Counted from the whole stretch's first letter, positions 39,782 to 52,577 are shown. The stretch: 59,438 bases of DNA, filler included, from Callorhinchus milii (GCF_018977255.1; 3 parts of 3 records of this genome joined end to end with filler, not necessarily neighbours in it), one strand, 5' to 3'. Translations and numbers: made by a program. The notes: generated by a model from the sequence alone, not told the origin.

Positions 39782-40663
39782 CTGGTAACAAAGATCAATC
39801 CACAGGGATGAAAGTGTCGTGTTTCTGGCTGTATAAAGTAAATCACACCTCACAGACCCAGCGAGAACGAGCCTATTTGGTGTACTATCCCAGGTGTTAA
39901 TCGTGTGTAAGTTAAAGGTGCCCTTAATTCTAGAAACAGACACTTTCAGACATTTGATCCATGATATCAGTGCCACTTTTTAGTATTCATCCCATTTTCC
40001 ACCCGTTTACCCAGATTGCCCACTGCTCAATTGTTATCCAGTTCTGTTTTGAATGAATCTATTGATTAGCCACAATAGCCATTTGTAACAAAGTCTAAAA
40101 CCCAACCAATACCAGAGTTCAAGAGGACATAAATTTCTCACCATTCCGCTGCTAAAAAAAAATTGGGCACTCAATCCCATTCTGACCAATTCCTCAACTG
40201 CTAAACAACAACAACAACAACAAGATTCCATTTATAAAGTGCCTTTCACGTCAGGAGGACGTCCCAAGGCGCTACAAGCAGTTTACCGCTATTTACCTTG
40301 CCGTGCCCCTTTGGAATCTTAAAGGCCTCAATCATACGCCTCTCAATCTCCTCAAATGATGTAATTAAAGATCACAGAATCAACTAACAGAGAAATACAT
40401 CTAATACACAAAGACACCACAAAGTATCTAAATACACCTACCCTGCACCGCAGGGACATGCATCTTACACACATACACACAACACACACACACACAACAA
40501 AGAAGAGATCATGACTAACACACTTACAAGATGCAAGGATTTATACCGTAGCACAGGGACGCACCTCTCACCTTCTCACACTTGACAGAGACAGGCACCT
40601 CACACTCACGCACCGCACTCAGAGAGGCAGAGCACGCACAGAAGAAGTGCTTCTGCTGCTTAC

Positions 40664-40806
40664 CTGCAACCATTTTGCGAAGAAGTGTTTCTCGAGGATT
40701 CCGATGAGGCTTGACGGAGTGATCATGTCCTCCCAGTCCAGCACCCAGTGGAAGGTATCCATATGTTGCTGGTGAGGGTTGATCACAAACTCGGTCAGAC
40801 ACATCC
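40664..40806 (-). CDS. TFIP11: TFIP11 coding exon 10
   Basis: [47 protein letters not shown]. Confidence 0.95.
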
Positions 40807-41785
40807 CTTGGGGTGGGGTGAGGAAAGAGAGAGTGTCAAGAAGAAGAAAAAAAATCCTTTCACTTCACCTTCCGGGTGCCTTTCACATCAGGGGGTAACC
40901 CCAAAGCGCCTTGCAGGATGTACGTGAAAGTGCAGTGACTGTGTTTTGGTAGAGGCAGCCGTGGAAAAATGGGAATCAGACTGCAGCGAATCGAATCGGG
41001 AATTCTCATTCAACGGGAAGTCACTGATGTGAACACAGCAACCTCGAGAATAACTTGTTAATAACTAGGGCTCTGGATTCTGAAGATGCTTTGTGACGTA
41101 CGCGTGGGAAGGAAGGGAGAGCGAATGAACACTGACCGATTTCAATGGGAATATGATTCACTCAAAAATGCCACTTGAAAATTATTTATCACGAATTGCG
41201 CGGGTTCTGAATTGAACGCAGGGTTTGCTGACTGTCAGCTCAGTGTTACTGCAGCCACATGGAGCCGGTCGGTCCCAATTAGTGCAGCTATCGAGTGCTC
41301 CACTCTTGCCGTAAGTAATTGTGATTAACTTTAGCCTCTGACTTGTACTGTCGCTCTCAGATAGTGCTGACAGCAGAGGTACTGGCGTGAAGGAGTAATT
41401 GAGCTTGACATACACTGCAGCACCCCTGATGTTTCTATCAGTGCAACTGTCTATCACTTTGCTCCCTTCCCTGCTCAGGCTCACTGATTTTCAGTCCAGC
41501 AGCGCCAAATGGGTCAACAGCACTTTTGCTGTTTAACCAGTAGAGATGGACAGAAAATAATAATAATAATCCTTGCATTTGTTACAGCGCCTTATCACGT
41601 CTTCGAGACGTCTCAAAGATCTTCACAGAATAATACCGTGAAGTGAATTGACTGTATATTTTGTGGGGGCCAGGCTGTTCACAGCTAATGTCGTACTTTG
41701 ATTATTTATGACGGTAAAAGTTTAACGCACAGAGAGAGAGGTGCTGCTGCCCGAGTCAAGGCGCCATGTGGCTGGGAATTCTTAC

Positions 41786-42029
41786 CTAACTTTGGGACGA
41801 TGTTCTTCAGCATGAAGGCTTCCCATGAGCCTGGGGTGAACACCTCCTTCCACGGCAGGAGGATGAGTTTAGCGGAGGAGTCGCTGGGATGCCACTTCTG
41901 CAGGGCGTTGGCGAGCTTGTTGCGGATGGGCGAGTACAAAGGCTCCAGGCGTATCTGCATGAGCGGCAGCCAGGGATGAATCCAGGCGTGGATTGGGACT
42001 GTATCCGTCAGTGGGTTCCAGCTCTCAAC
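41786..42029 (-). CDS. TFIP11: TFIP11 coding exon 9
   Basis: [24 protein letters not shown]...[11 protein letters not shown]. Confidence 0.96.
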
Positions 42030-42249
42030 CTGGCAGTGTAATAATAATAATAATAATCCTTGCATTTGATATAGTGCCTTGTCAAAGGGTTTCACAGAAT
42101 AAACTGTAAAGTTAATTGACTATATTTTGTGGGGGAATTTTTTTTGTGTAAAATAAAAGTCTGAGGCCTTTGTGGGGAGACTTGATGGGCTAAGTGTCTC
42201 GTTTCTGTGGCGTGACGTTCTACAAGTTAAGAACAGCGAGTTTGCCTAC

Positions 42250-42418
42250 CTCGTGCTGTAGTTTGGGAAAGATCAGCTGATCCAGAATGTTATCCAGGAT
42301 CCAGAGAGGAATCACGGGCAGCCAACTCTCCAGGAAATCCACCATCGGAGCACAATTCCGGGGCTGCCACTGAGACACGACATTCCGAACATACGGCATC
42401 CACATCTCCCACATCAAC
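42250..42418 (-). CDS. TFIP11: TFIP11 coding exon 8
   Basis: [56 protein letters not shown]. Confidence 0.95.
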
Positions 42419-42878
42419 CTGTGGAGTTGCCGGGAGAGAGAGAAAAGGAATTCAGCTTCAAGTAGGCAATGAGGAAAGGCCATTCATCCCCTGGTGTCTG
42501 CTTCTTTCCAAAGAGCTCAGATACAATATGCTCTCTGGATTCTTCCCCAACGTATTTCATCTATTTCTTTCAGTCCTTTTAATTAGTTAAAATATTTTTC
42601 TCTTGTGTCTTTTTGAGGACATCTCTTGGGATGTCCTCCCGACATGAAAGGCGCTATACAAATGTAATTGTTGTTGTTATTATTAGCGGTACTAACCTGT
42701 CCAGGCACCAGCAGGGCTCTGGAGCCTTCACTGAGTGGCCAATCAGACGGCTGTGACTGTAAAGGAAATCACAGCCAAACCCAAACCTGTACTCAACCGA
42801 CGTCCGTCCTTTGCGATATGCACTCGCAGTTCCAGCTGTCAGTTTGAAAGGCTGGATTACTCAGTCTCCTGGTCTTAC

Positions 42879-42985
42879 CTGTGGTAGGGGTCTAAAGACA
42901 GCAGGTCCTGTCCTCCATGTGGTAGCTGATCCCGTTCCAGGAGACGTCTCCACTTATTTATGAGCTCCGTGCCATACGCATTATC
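42879..42985 (-). CDS. TFIP11: TFIP11 coding exon 7
   Basis: [36 protein letters not shown]; donor GTAAGA. Confidence 0.94.
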
Positions 42986-43651
42986 CTGAAAAAGTTAAAA
43001 ACAAACAAAACTGGGTAACTTCATCCTGCGCCGTTTTGCAGACCATGAGAACTCGGCTCCGATACAAACCATTTGTGTGTCGGCCTGAGCAGTTCCTGCA
43101 GGTTGACATGATGTTCACCCGCTTCCTCGTAGGAGGCAGTAAACAGTATGACTTCCTGCTACAACTATTAATTTCTAGCTCATTGTGAGCATCCTACACT
43201 AGGTCACCTGTGGGGGGAGCCATGTGTGTTTTTTTTACGGCTCTGGTCACTAAGAATGCCCTGAATCACAATTCAGACATGCATCATCTTCGTGCAACTA
43301 CAACTTGCATTTAGAAAGCGCCCTTCACGAGGGGTAGCATCCGGGAGCAACCAACTCTTCCTAATGGCACGTAACCTAACCTAGAGAGTGATTTACATGG
43401 TCTGAGGGCAGGTCCTAGCTCCCTTTCCCATTAGTCGATTCACTTATTTCAAGTTACTTTTTTCCTTCTCGTTGAAATGAACTAATGCTCGACTACCACC
43501 ACTTTAAGAGGCGACACGTGGGCAGTAAGGTTTCCATACAACAACAACAACAAATTACATTTCCACAGCACCTTTCGCATCAGGAGGATGTTCTCCAAGG
43601 TGCTGGATGGTCAGGAATCCGCACCCGAGCTGGTTGTTTTTAAGTCTTTAC

Positions 43652-44155
43652 CTGTAAAGGATTCCAGTCCTTGAAGTACTCTCGGAGCAATGGGAACACG
43701 ATGGCGATGGACAGCTCTGCCAAGTCGAACACTTTGTACTCCTCGTAGTACTTGTCCTGCAGCATCTCAAAGATCCTCGCACACTCTTCTAGGGTCAGGG
43801 GGTCCTTGCAGTCGCTCTGCAGTCGGGCCTCGCAGTCCTCTACGATCTTCAGCACGTGGCTGAGCTTCTCTATGGTCTTCTCCTCGTGCGTGAGCACCTC
43901 GGACAGTTTCTCACTCTCGTGGGACAGGTTGACCACCATGTCTCTCTCGTACTGTAGCTGCCGGTCGTTCTGGATGATCTCCTGCTCAGTCATGTCTATC
44001 AGCAGCTGCAGGTTGTGCTCCAGCTCTGGGAGGGTGAAGCCCTCGGTCTTGGCGTCTTTGGGCAGCGGCTGTGTGTCATCTGGGATATCGTGCTTCTGGT
44101 TCATCTGCTTGTAACTGTAATAGACCCGCTGCTCCTTTCCAGTCATGTCTATAAC
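43652..44155 (-). CDS. TFIP11: TFIP11 coding exon 6
   Basis: [15 protein letters not shown]...[13 protein letters not shown]...WNPLQ (GCFC domain). Confidence 0.96.
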
Positions 44156-44397
44156 CTACAGGAAGAATCAGCCTCTGAGTTCACTAGGAATTACAATATC
44201 ACCAACTAGCTCCAGCAATTAGTTTTACTGAACTAATACCCACAGTTAGCAATGTGACTATATTGGCAGATGTGTTTAATAGCTAACCACCAAACAGGCC
44301 ATTTTAGTAGGTAAGCATTTAATTATTTGAATGTTCCTGGAGATAGTAGCCAAGGTCACATCTCTGCTCCAAACCCCTGGCTTAATGCAACACGCAT

Positions 44398-44695
44398 GTA
44401 ATAATAATACTTGCATTTGATGTAGCGCCTTATCATGTCTTCAAGACGTCTCAAAGCCCTTCACGGAATATACTGTCAAGTGAATTGAATGTATATTTTG
44501 TGGGCCAAACGCAGCAGCCAATTGAGCACAGCAGCGTCCCACAATCAAGACGCGGATTGAAGCAACTAATTAATTACCTTTTTTTTTAAAAAAAAGGAAT
44601 TATTATCCCCGGAAAAGCGATCCACCAATCGACTAACAACCGGGTTCCGTAAGGAAACATGCCCAACATTTCGCCCTGCCAGGAATCAAACAGTG
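44398..44695 (-). mobile_element. SINE in TFIP11 intron 5
   Basis: Same family. Confidence 0.8.
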
Positions 44696-45921
44696 GCTGT
44701 GAAGTGGGGAGCACTGTATGGGCAGTGAAACAGAGATGCTGGAGGTCTAGAAACCGTAAAGAGACCAGAATGCTGCAGCAAGCAACACACTGCAACGAGT
44801 CTAGCACAGTAAAGAAAAACTTATAATTTGAAGGGTCTTGTGACCACTATCACAACACCAGACATTGAACAGTGGCTGCTGAGAGTGTGCCAATCTCACA
44901 GATAATAACTACACTGGTTAGTATGTGCAGCATACACTGCATTTGGGGAGGTTGAAAATGACTACTCACCCATGTTTCAGCTATTTGCAAACATCACAGG
45001 AAAAAAGGATAGAATCATACAATTGTTCAGCACAGAGAAGAATCCAGCCCACCGTCCCTGTGCCAGTTCTCAGTAATTGCTAACTGTTTAGTCTCCTACT
45101 GTTCTTCTTACCCTTTTATATTCTTCCTTCTCAGTCGTTTTAAAAATCACTTTTGAAAGCAATTATGGAATCCGCTTTTACCAAAATCACAGGTTTTGGT
45201 AGAGCATCCCACGTCCCAATAATCCTCCAACAAAATACATCTTTTGCCCTCTCTCTTTGTGCTTTTGATAATGATGTGAAATATATGCACTCTAGTTACT
45301 AGCTAACCAACTAGTGGAAGTAGTTACCTGGATTATTCCCCATAGTTACCCAGATTATTCCTTTAGGAACAGAGGTTACATTGGCAACACTCCAGCACAA
45401 CATTTATATCCAAGGATGTTTGAAAGATTGTGGTCAGAGACACAACAGGGTTGTGATCCCGGTGCTCTTTCTGAATCCTGGGATATTGGAATTATAATGC
45501 TCCAAATCCTGGGATCCCGACATGCTAAATCTTACCTTATCCAAGATATCTGTGGTCATTCTCTGCACTATCATCACAGACTGGAAGATCTGAGAGAGAG
45601 TGTCCCACTGAAGGGGGGAGGGGGAAGGGTGCGGGGAAGGGAGGGAACGTCCAGGAGGTTTAAAGGCAGGTTCGCCCAAGGGGCAGCTCCCGAAATTTAA
45701 AGAGAATCATGGGATTTGGGGAGCACCATTAACACATGGGATTCCCGGGATTGCTACCCCCTATTTTCTAGACTGTGCTCGATGTTCTCCTGGATCGGTC
45801 GGTCATATGTCTTTTATTTTTTAAAAAAACAACTTCTTTTAGTTTCTCAGCTCAGCCACGAGGTTCAATAAACATTTGGAAATATTAACGTGAAGCAGCC
45901 TATTGTTAATTCACTGCGTAC

Positions 45922-46080
45922 CTTGACCTGTGAGAGCTCCATCTGTGGGACTGTCATTTTCCTGCCGATGCCAGTGGCTCCCTTTGCCTTCAGCTCCTCC
46001 ACCGTCTTGTACGAGTACTTGGGTTTCTTCTTCCCGCCTGTGGGATCCTTGCGCCACTGGCTCATCTCCTTTTGATAGTC
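45922..46080 (-). CDS. TFIP11: TFIP11 coding exon 5
   Basis: [34 protein letters not shown]...ELSQVK. Confidence 0.95.
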
Positions 46081-46457
46081 CTGAATCACACACATTCAGT
46101 CAGGCTTTGTGTACCAGCAGCTCCTTGCAATTACAGGCTATGCAATGCTCCTTGCACTGTTGCCAGCAGCTCAGCAATTGCATGTCTGCAAAATACCAAT
46201 TGTTTCTCTCCCGACCCAGCCTCTTATTCGCATTCTCCTTTATAAGAAGGCCAATGTGTTGTGGCTGTGAAATCAACTCCCCACCAGACTTCCCCCCACC
46301 TCAACAGACCCCATATATTCCCACCACTTTGCTTCCCCACCGCACCAACGCACTCCTTCAGAATCTGACACATAAAGTGACTTGGGGAAGGGGATTAGCT
46401 GTCCTGTATCTGACCCTACGTAGGTACAGAAACAACCCTAAACTTTCTTGCTCAAAC

Positions 46458-46585
46458 CTCATCGGCTTCTTCGTCTGAGTCCACAACGGGGAAGTCCTTG
46501 AGCGACTGCTCAGTTCGCTCAGATCCGTAAGCACCGATTGCTCCTTTCCCCTTCCTCATCTTTGCCTCGATCGGGGCCACGATAC
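46458..46585 (-). CDS. TFIP11: TFIP11 coding exon 4
   Basis: [42 protein letters not shown]. Confidence 0.95.
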
Positions 46586-46689
46586 CTGTATAATAAAACA
46601 ATCAATGGTACCAGAGACCCAGGAGTGTTCATCTCCATCTGCATTGGTGATCACAGAGCAAGTACTGAATCTTGTTCAGTGCACAACTA

Positions 46690-47000
46690 TCCTTCAAATG
46701 TTATGCCCTGGCTCTCACTAGTTCACCTTTCCTCCACCTGCACATTACCCACCTCCAATACTACATCTTCCCCCACCCCCACCAGCTGAGGAGACCCTCT
46801 TTCATGCTTTCATCCCTCCAGGCTCAATTATTCCAACGCTCTGCTTGCTGGAGTCCCTCGTCCCTCCCTACACAAGCTTCAGACCATCCAGAACTCTGCA
46901 ACCTCTCCTGTACTGCACCACCACAAGCCCATCACCCCCATTTTTGCTCAGCTCCATTGGCTACCTATCCCTGGGACATCAAACTTTGCCCTTCTCTCCC
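46690..47000 (+). mobile_element. L2 fragment in TFIP11 intron 3
   Basis: C-rich L2 ORF2 3' sequence. Confidence 0.55.
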
Positions 47001-47113
47001 ACACCGGTTATGTTTTGCAATCTCTGAGTAAATTAGCTAATTTATGCTGAAATATGGTGAAGTTGGTGCTGTCTCGTTACCATTACATATTGTGATAGTC
47101 GGCCAACTCATAC

Positions 47114-47270
47114 CTTGTGCATTTTTTCCCAGGCCTCTCCCAGGGACATAACCCATCTTCTGCAGCAGTTTCTGCCCAATCCCTCTTGTATGTTTCTCCC
47201 AGGTCCCAATTTCTTGGCCGGTCCTGTGTCCTCCTGTGAATCCTTTTGAACTGGATTTGAAAAAGCCGCC
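47114..47270 (-). CDS. TFIP11: TFIP11 coding exon 3 (G-patch)
   Basis: [33 protein letters not shown]-patch motif; donor GTATGA. Confidence 0.96.
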
Positions 47271-47633
47271 CTGTGAAAATACAGCAATCAGGAGCAGTGC
47301 AGAATGTCACACCATGGAAACAGATTAGATAGCAAAGAGCCATGATTGTGCAACCAGGAATAACGATAATAATAATAATAATAATTAGAGTACAACAGTC
47401 ACTTGGACTTCTTCTGCCGGCCAAATCCGATTCCCTTTTAAATGGTTCAGCTTCAACAGACACTCAGTAAAGACTCTCTTTTTCTCCCCCCCATTTCACC
47501 AACTTGTGGAAACTTTGACAATCAGACCTCGGGTTCATCCACCAGATGGTGAGCGTTCCTCCACCCCAGTCGTGTCCGGGAACGAAACAATAAGGCTCTT
47601 CTTTACTGTGATGGGAGGTAATGGAATACTCAC

Positions 47634-47793
47634 AGTTTTCAGTCTCCTTGCTGCAAAGTCTTTTGGAAACTCCTCACGTTTGACTTTCTCTTCCTCAGAG
47701 TCTTCTGAGTCCCCTTCTTCCTCCTTCTCCTCAGCCGCGGGTTTACGAAGGCCGGCACTGATGAAGCTCACTGGGACAGTATAATCTTTGGAG
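47634..47793 (-). CDS. TFIP11: TFIP11 coding exon 2
   Basis: [53 protein letters not shown]; donor GTGAGT. Confidence 0.95.
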
Positions 47794-48365
47794 CTACAGA
47801 GGGACGACAAAGATATCGCCAGGTTAGTGCACCGGCATCACACTATAGCGTTGAGAAACAGTTGCAAGATATGACAGCAGCGCAGATCATATATGGTGTT
47901 AATCTGTGTGAGTGCGTTCCTGGGTTCACTGCAAGTGTACAGTCAATAAACAAAACCAGTAACTTAATTAGTACACGATATCTCTTGGGTCCCTGCCCAC
48001 TGCATATGGCGACTTTGAAAGAAGGACGGACAAAACAACACCTCCCAACAAGAGAATGACACAAGAGCTTAGAAGAAATGTGGTCACTCAATCCACCACT
48101 GCCGCGTTTCGCCCATAAATATTCAGTCAATTCACCTTACAGTATATTCTGTGAAGCAATTTGAGACGTCTCGAAGACGGGATAAGGCGCTACACCAAAT
48201 GCAAGGATTATTATTATTGAAAGCACCGGCAAACATGAACGCACAAGACGAGAAACCACACGATTCACTAAACCTCAAGGTCTTTATAGTCTAAAAATCT
48301 CACGACTGATAAACGCAGATGTTAAACAGTGGCTAATGGATACACAACGTGACAGGCTCAGGTAC

Positions 48366-48568
48366 CGTTTGCCGCCAAAGCTCGGCCTCTCGTCGTCCGA
48401 GTCGTTCTCAGCCCATATCCCGTAGATGGCGTCCTCCTTGGTCTGCCGGTAGCGCATTCGGTCCGGGTTAAACTCGTTCTCCAAGTCCCAGTCTGAGATC
48501 TCAAACCGCTCCATCTCCACGCCATCGTCATCATCCTGATCCTTCCCGTACAGATGCGACATCGACAT
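48366..48568 (-). CDS. TFIP11: TFIP11 coding exon 1
   Basis: [68 protein letters not shown]; acceptor at 48575 implies an upstream UTR exon. Confidence 0.96.
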
Positions 48569-48867
48569 CCTGACCTGCAGGACCGGAACGCACCAACAGC
48601 AGCAGTGAGACCCCGAGGACGACGACGACAACGACGACGACAACAACAACAACCACAGATGACGTGACATTCCTGCGATGGGACGCGCACCCTCTGCCCG
48701 GAGGGAGCGACGCCCCACTCTCTCCCGCCTCGTGTCCAGCTGGGACCACCCTGCCCACCCCCGGTAGGGCTTTGGCTCGCGAGGTTAGCGAGAGCGGGAG
48801 GATTCCCTGCCCCCAGTGACTGGTCTGCCCTCCCAGGTCCGGCCGGCGGGCGAAGCTCGAGGATCCC

Positions 48868-48902
<35 letters not shown>

Positions 48903-48984
48903 GGTGATGGTGATATTATAGTCACTGGGGGTGTGTCTGGGGCTCAGCTCCAACCTCAGGAATTCCAGCGGCAGCTTCGCCACT

Positions 48985-49084
48985 NNNNNNNNNNNNNNNN
49001 NNNNNNNNNNNNNNNNNNNNNNNNNNNNTTAATTAATTAANNNNNNNNNNNNNNNNNNNNNNNNNNNNNNNNNNNNNNNNNNNN
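48985..49084. other. Artificial 100-bp spacer N44-TTAATTAATTAA-N44
   Basis: Same structure as 24989-25088. Confidence 0.95.
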
Positions 49085-49767
49085 AATATAGATAATCAAA
49101 AGAAGGCAGGACGGGTATTCAGTGGAAGCCACTGAGTGTGTGCAGATTGCAAGACCATGACCTAATGTGTGTTGGCTTCACATCCCCGGGGGCAGCTGTC
49201 AATTTGGTAACGAAGTGAAACGAGGCATTGAGAGGGTTCAAAGCGAAAGGGTAGGAGCCATGTTACGTCAGCAGTTTCTCAGCTTTCTCTCCCCAATTAG
49301 TTGAGAGTTTCCTTCTTGCCGCTCTCCGCTCAAGGCTTCTGGGTTACAGCAGTTTGGGAAAAATCCAAGTTTCTTAGCATAATTCAATTCTACAAGTTAC
49401 TGCGTTGTACGATTTATTTCGCTGTATAATTCTTCGTATATTCACATTTATTTTTCTTAATCGGTGTGTGCCACATGTGGGGACACCCATCACCATACTT
49501 TTGAATAACCAAACCAACCTGTGTATTATAATAATTGCGTTTGCGTTTCATATCAATCCTTATCAATTACCGAGGAGTCCATAAGGTCTTCAGAAGTTTA
49601 TCGCCAGTGTATTTCGTGGACAACAACTGGCAGCTAAGTGAACACAGCAGCTTCTCGCAAACGGTCTTTGATCGAGTGTTTCACTTTTTTGATCGATTAA
49701 AATAGATCATCCAAACTTCTGTCAACCTGGTTCCTATTTCCCGGTTAGTAAACCAACAAAAATAATA

Positions 49768-50110
49768 ATAAACCTTGCATTTGATACGTCTTCGAGATAT
49801 TACACAGCATTTCGTAGGTTGTATTGTGAAGTGAATTGATTACGTCTGATATGGGAAAAATGTGGCAGCCGATTGCACACAGCCATGTCCCACTGAATGT
49901 TGTGGAATTACGTAAATTTTCTTTTCTTTTTAAAATAATTATTACCCCCGGAAAAGCGGTCTGCCAATCAAGTGACAGCCAGGTTCAAACACACTGCAAG
50001 GTAAAGAGACGCATGTGCAGTAAGAAAACGTGCACAACACTTTGCCCGGACGGAAACCGAACCCAGGCCCTCATGCTTGCGAGGCGAGTGCGCTAACCAT
50101 TGAGCTGCAG
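49768..50110 (-). mobile_element. Degenerate near full-length SINE directly 3' of the V1 RSS
   Basis: Head at about 50060-50110, core and tail recognisable. Confidence 0.75.
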
Positions 50111-50121
50111 TAAACCCAACA

Positions 50122-50160
50122 TGTTTTTGTACACGTCCCTCATAGACACACAGCATTGTG
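50122..50160 (-). other. 23-RSS of V1: CACAATG-23-ACAAAAACA
   Basis: Heptamer 50154-50160, 23-nt spacer, nonamer 50122-50130. Confidence 0.92.
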
Positions 50161-50439
50161 CTCTCCGCACAGAAGTAAATGGCGGTGTCTGACATTTGCA
50201 CATCTTCGATGGTTAGGGTGCAGTTTTTCTGTTTTCTCTCAGCCAAAGCTCTTATCCTGTCCTTCATATTTACGTCGCTTTTTCCCAAAACCAAAAAGCG
50301 AATGGAGCCTTTTCCATGTTGTTTGTACCAATGGAAGAAAGGGTTGTTCACAGTGGTACTGCATTCCATAGAAACATTTCCATTTTCATTCACTGTCACG
50401 GCTTGAGGTGTCTGTGAGACATCGCTTTCACCAAATCAC
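50161..50439 (-). pseudogene. TCR alpha/delta-type V segment V1; V core intact but out of frame with its acceptor, probable pseudogene/ORF
   Basis: DVSQTPQAVTVNENGNVSMECSTTVNNPFFHWYKQ...DTAIYFCAES keeps Cys-Trp-Cys; after the acceptor TTTTCCAG there are 16 nt before GAT with an in-frame TGA, which does not fit a phase-1 leader. Confidence 0.75.
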
Positions 50440-50644
50440 CTGGAAAATAATAATAAAAATTCTTGGATAGAAATTCAGAAGTTATCTACCAACGTTAATT
50501 TGGAATTATTTAGCAGGAAAACAACTGAGCCTTTGTCAGAACTCGCACACTTTACACAGTAGAAATAATATCAGCTTCAAAATAATATATTTGCTTTGTA
50601 AATCTGCTTCATTCTTAATTGCCTTCGATTCACGTCAATATCTT

Positions 50645-50705
50645 CAGTTGAAATGAAACGACAAATTATCAAAAATGCAGCGTCTGGTTGTAAACATTTG
50701 TCCAT
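50645..50705 (-). pseudogene. Leader-like stretch for V1 lacking a GT donor (MDKCLQPDAAFLIICRFIST)
   Basis: Expected position and hydrophobic core; ends ACTG|AAGATA rather than G|GTAAGA. Confidence 0.35.
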
Positions 50706-52234
50706 TGGAAGAGTTGTCTCTTATCCCCGCCTCATTGTCTTGTCTCTGATCATTGCTGGAGGTGTATTACGACTCCTCCTACCGTTTATGTTCAGATTCC
50801 CTTCTCCCGCTGTCGCAAACTATAGTAATGTGTGAAAGAGGCAGTGCAGACAGACCTAGTTACAAAGACTCAAGGAAATATAAAATTATAATAATAATAA
50901 TTCTTGCATTTGATATAGCGCAATCAGCTCTTGGATACATCTCGAAATGTTTTACAGAATATAAAATTAATTTTAGAGTGAAGCTGGGCAGGCAGTCGCG
51001 CACAGCAGTGCAGCGCAAACAGTCATTGAATAAATGACCAATTTGTCACTTTTTAACGGTATTATTGCCCCGGCAATCTGTCCGCTATTCGACGAATAAC
51101 CGCGTTCCTGCGTTCGGTTAAACAGAATGATGTGGAGTAAGGAAATTTGCACAACATTTCGCAATGATGAGAACCGTAACCTTGTATTCTGGTCGCCGAG
51201 TCGAGTGTTCTAACCACCAACTTGTAGGAGCAACACGTACGTTGGCAAAGTGCCATGATTTGGTAATTGGTAGACTTCAGGAAGAGTGTACGAAGAATCT
51301 TGTGATTAAGCGAGTGAGCTCAAAAGTTTCTCTGGATTCCGTAGAAACCAGGTTTAGGATACTTTCGGATATAAGGAAGAGATTTTCCAGTAATAGTGGG
51401 AGCAGAACAGTCGGAGAATCCTGATATACTCTTACATTGTGTCGACTGATCGCCTACAATTTGTAATCAACTTTGTTTCCAATACTCTGCGTTTCGAGTA
51501 TATCTGTTGTTCAGAATGGAAAATGCAACCAAGCAATGGGATGCGGTTGAAAACCTGCTGAATATGATTAGAAGTGGGGAACAGAAACATGCTTTATTGA
51601 AGCACTTTCACAGGCTACAGTGATGTCTGGTCAAAATATCAGAGCACCAGTGACACCCAGTGTTCAGACAGCGAAATATATTTCTTACTTTGAATTCATA
51701 AATGTTTTCATTTGGTGCCATGCCAGGACGTTGAGACGTCTCATTATTTTGCAGAATATACAGTACAGTCTTGTGATTTTGTAATTTTGGGGGTAAAAAG
51801 TAATAATATATTGCCCACAAATAGTTATGGATTGATTGAGTGAACACATTTTTTTTCAATAAATTGATGCTAATGGTAAAGCCATCCGACAGTCGACTAA
51901 CATATTCATATTACTGCTAGGTATACAGTGGCATGCATGTGGAGCAAATAAATTAGGCCACTGTTTAATCCCACCCGGGAATCGAACCCAGGTCGTCTTG
52001 TTTGCGAGGTAAGTACTGTAACCTGCAACCAATGACTACAGGACTTTCGACATGTTCCACTCTCATTCATTAGAATGATCATGTTTTAAGCGCAGCTTGC
52101 ATTATAAAAAAATACACAATACTTTTTCATATGTCTCCAACTGCTTGACCGGTTTTCTCTATATTTAAACAGATATAAAGTCAGTTTAATGCAATGGCGC
52201 CCACTGGCGGTTCAGCAGCAAAACAACCATTTGG

Positions 52235-52273
52235 AGTTTTTGTACGGAGTCGCCATAGATCGGCAGCAGTGTG
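52235..52273 (-). other. 23-RSS of V2: CACACTG-23-ACAAAAACT
   Basis: Heptamer 52267-52273, nonamer 52235-52243. Confidence 0.93.
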
Positions 52274-52577
52274 GGCCTCTTGGCGCAGTAATACACGGCA
52301 CTGTCCCTGATCAGGACGTTGGCAATAATCAGTTTGAAATCTTCGCTCGTTTTATCGACATTGGAGGAAAATCGATCTTGGAAGTCAGGGCTCTTATAAT
52401 CCTTCCCTGCAACAGAGTAAAGTATGTAGATAGGAGCGTTTCTGGAAGCTTGTCTGTACCAGTAATGATAGCCGGCATCACTGATTTTCTTTAAGGTGCA
52501 GGATAATTTCACATCCTTTCCCTCTTCAACTGGTATTTCAGCAATCGTTTGATTCCCAATGTCTTGCAGGCTGTTTC
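52274..52577 (-). CDS. TCR alpha/delta-type V segment V2, V exon (intact)
   Basis: NSLQDIGNQTIAEIPVEEGKDVKLSC...YWYRQ...DSAVYYCAKRP; acceptor TCACAG, phase 1. Confidence 0.92.

Noticed and set aside
49085-49270. Possible promoter and leader of a further V (TGACGTAA near 49263; YPSCLLLIIYI at the contig end)
   Set aside because: No in-frame ATG, and the sequence is cut by the spacer.
50161-50439. V1 as a leaderless NAR-TCR supporting V-delta
   Set aside because: No CDR1 cysteine, no NAR-type V/D/J upstream, and the acceptor phase would not fit a J-to-V splice.
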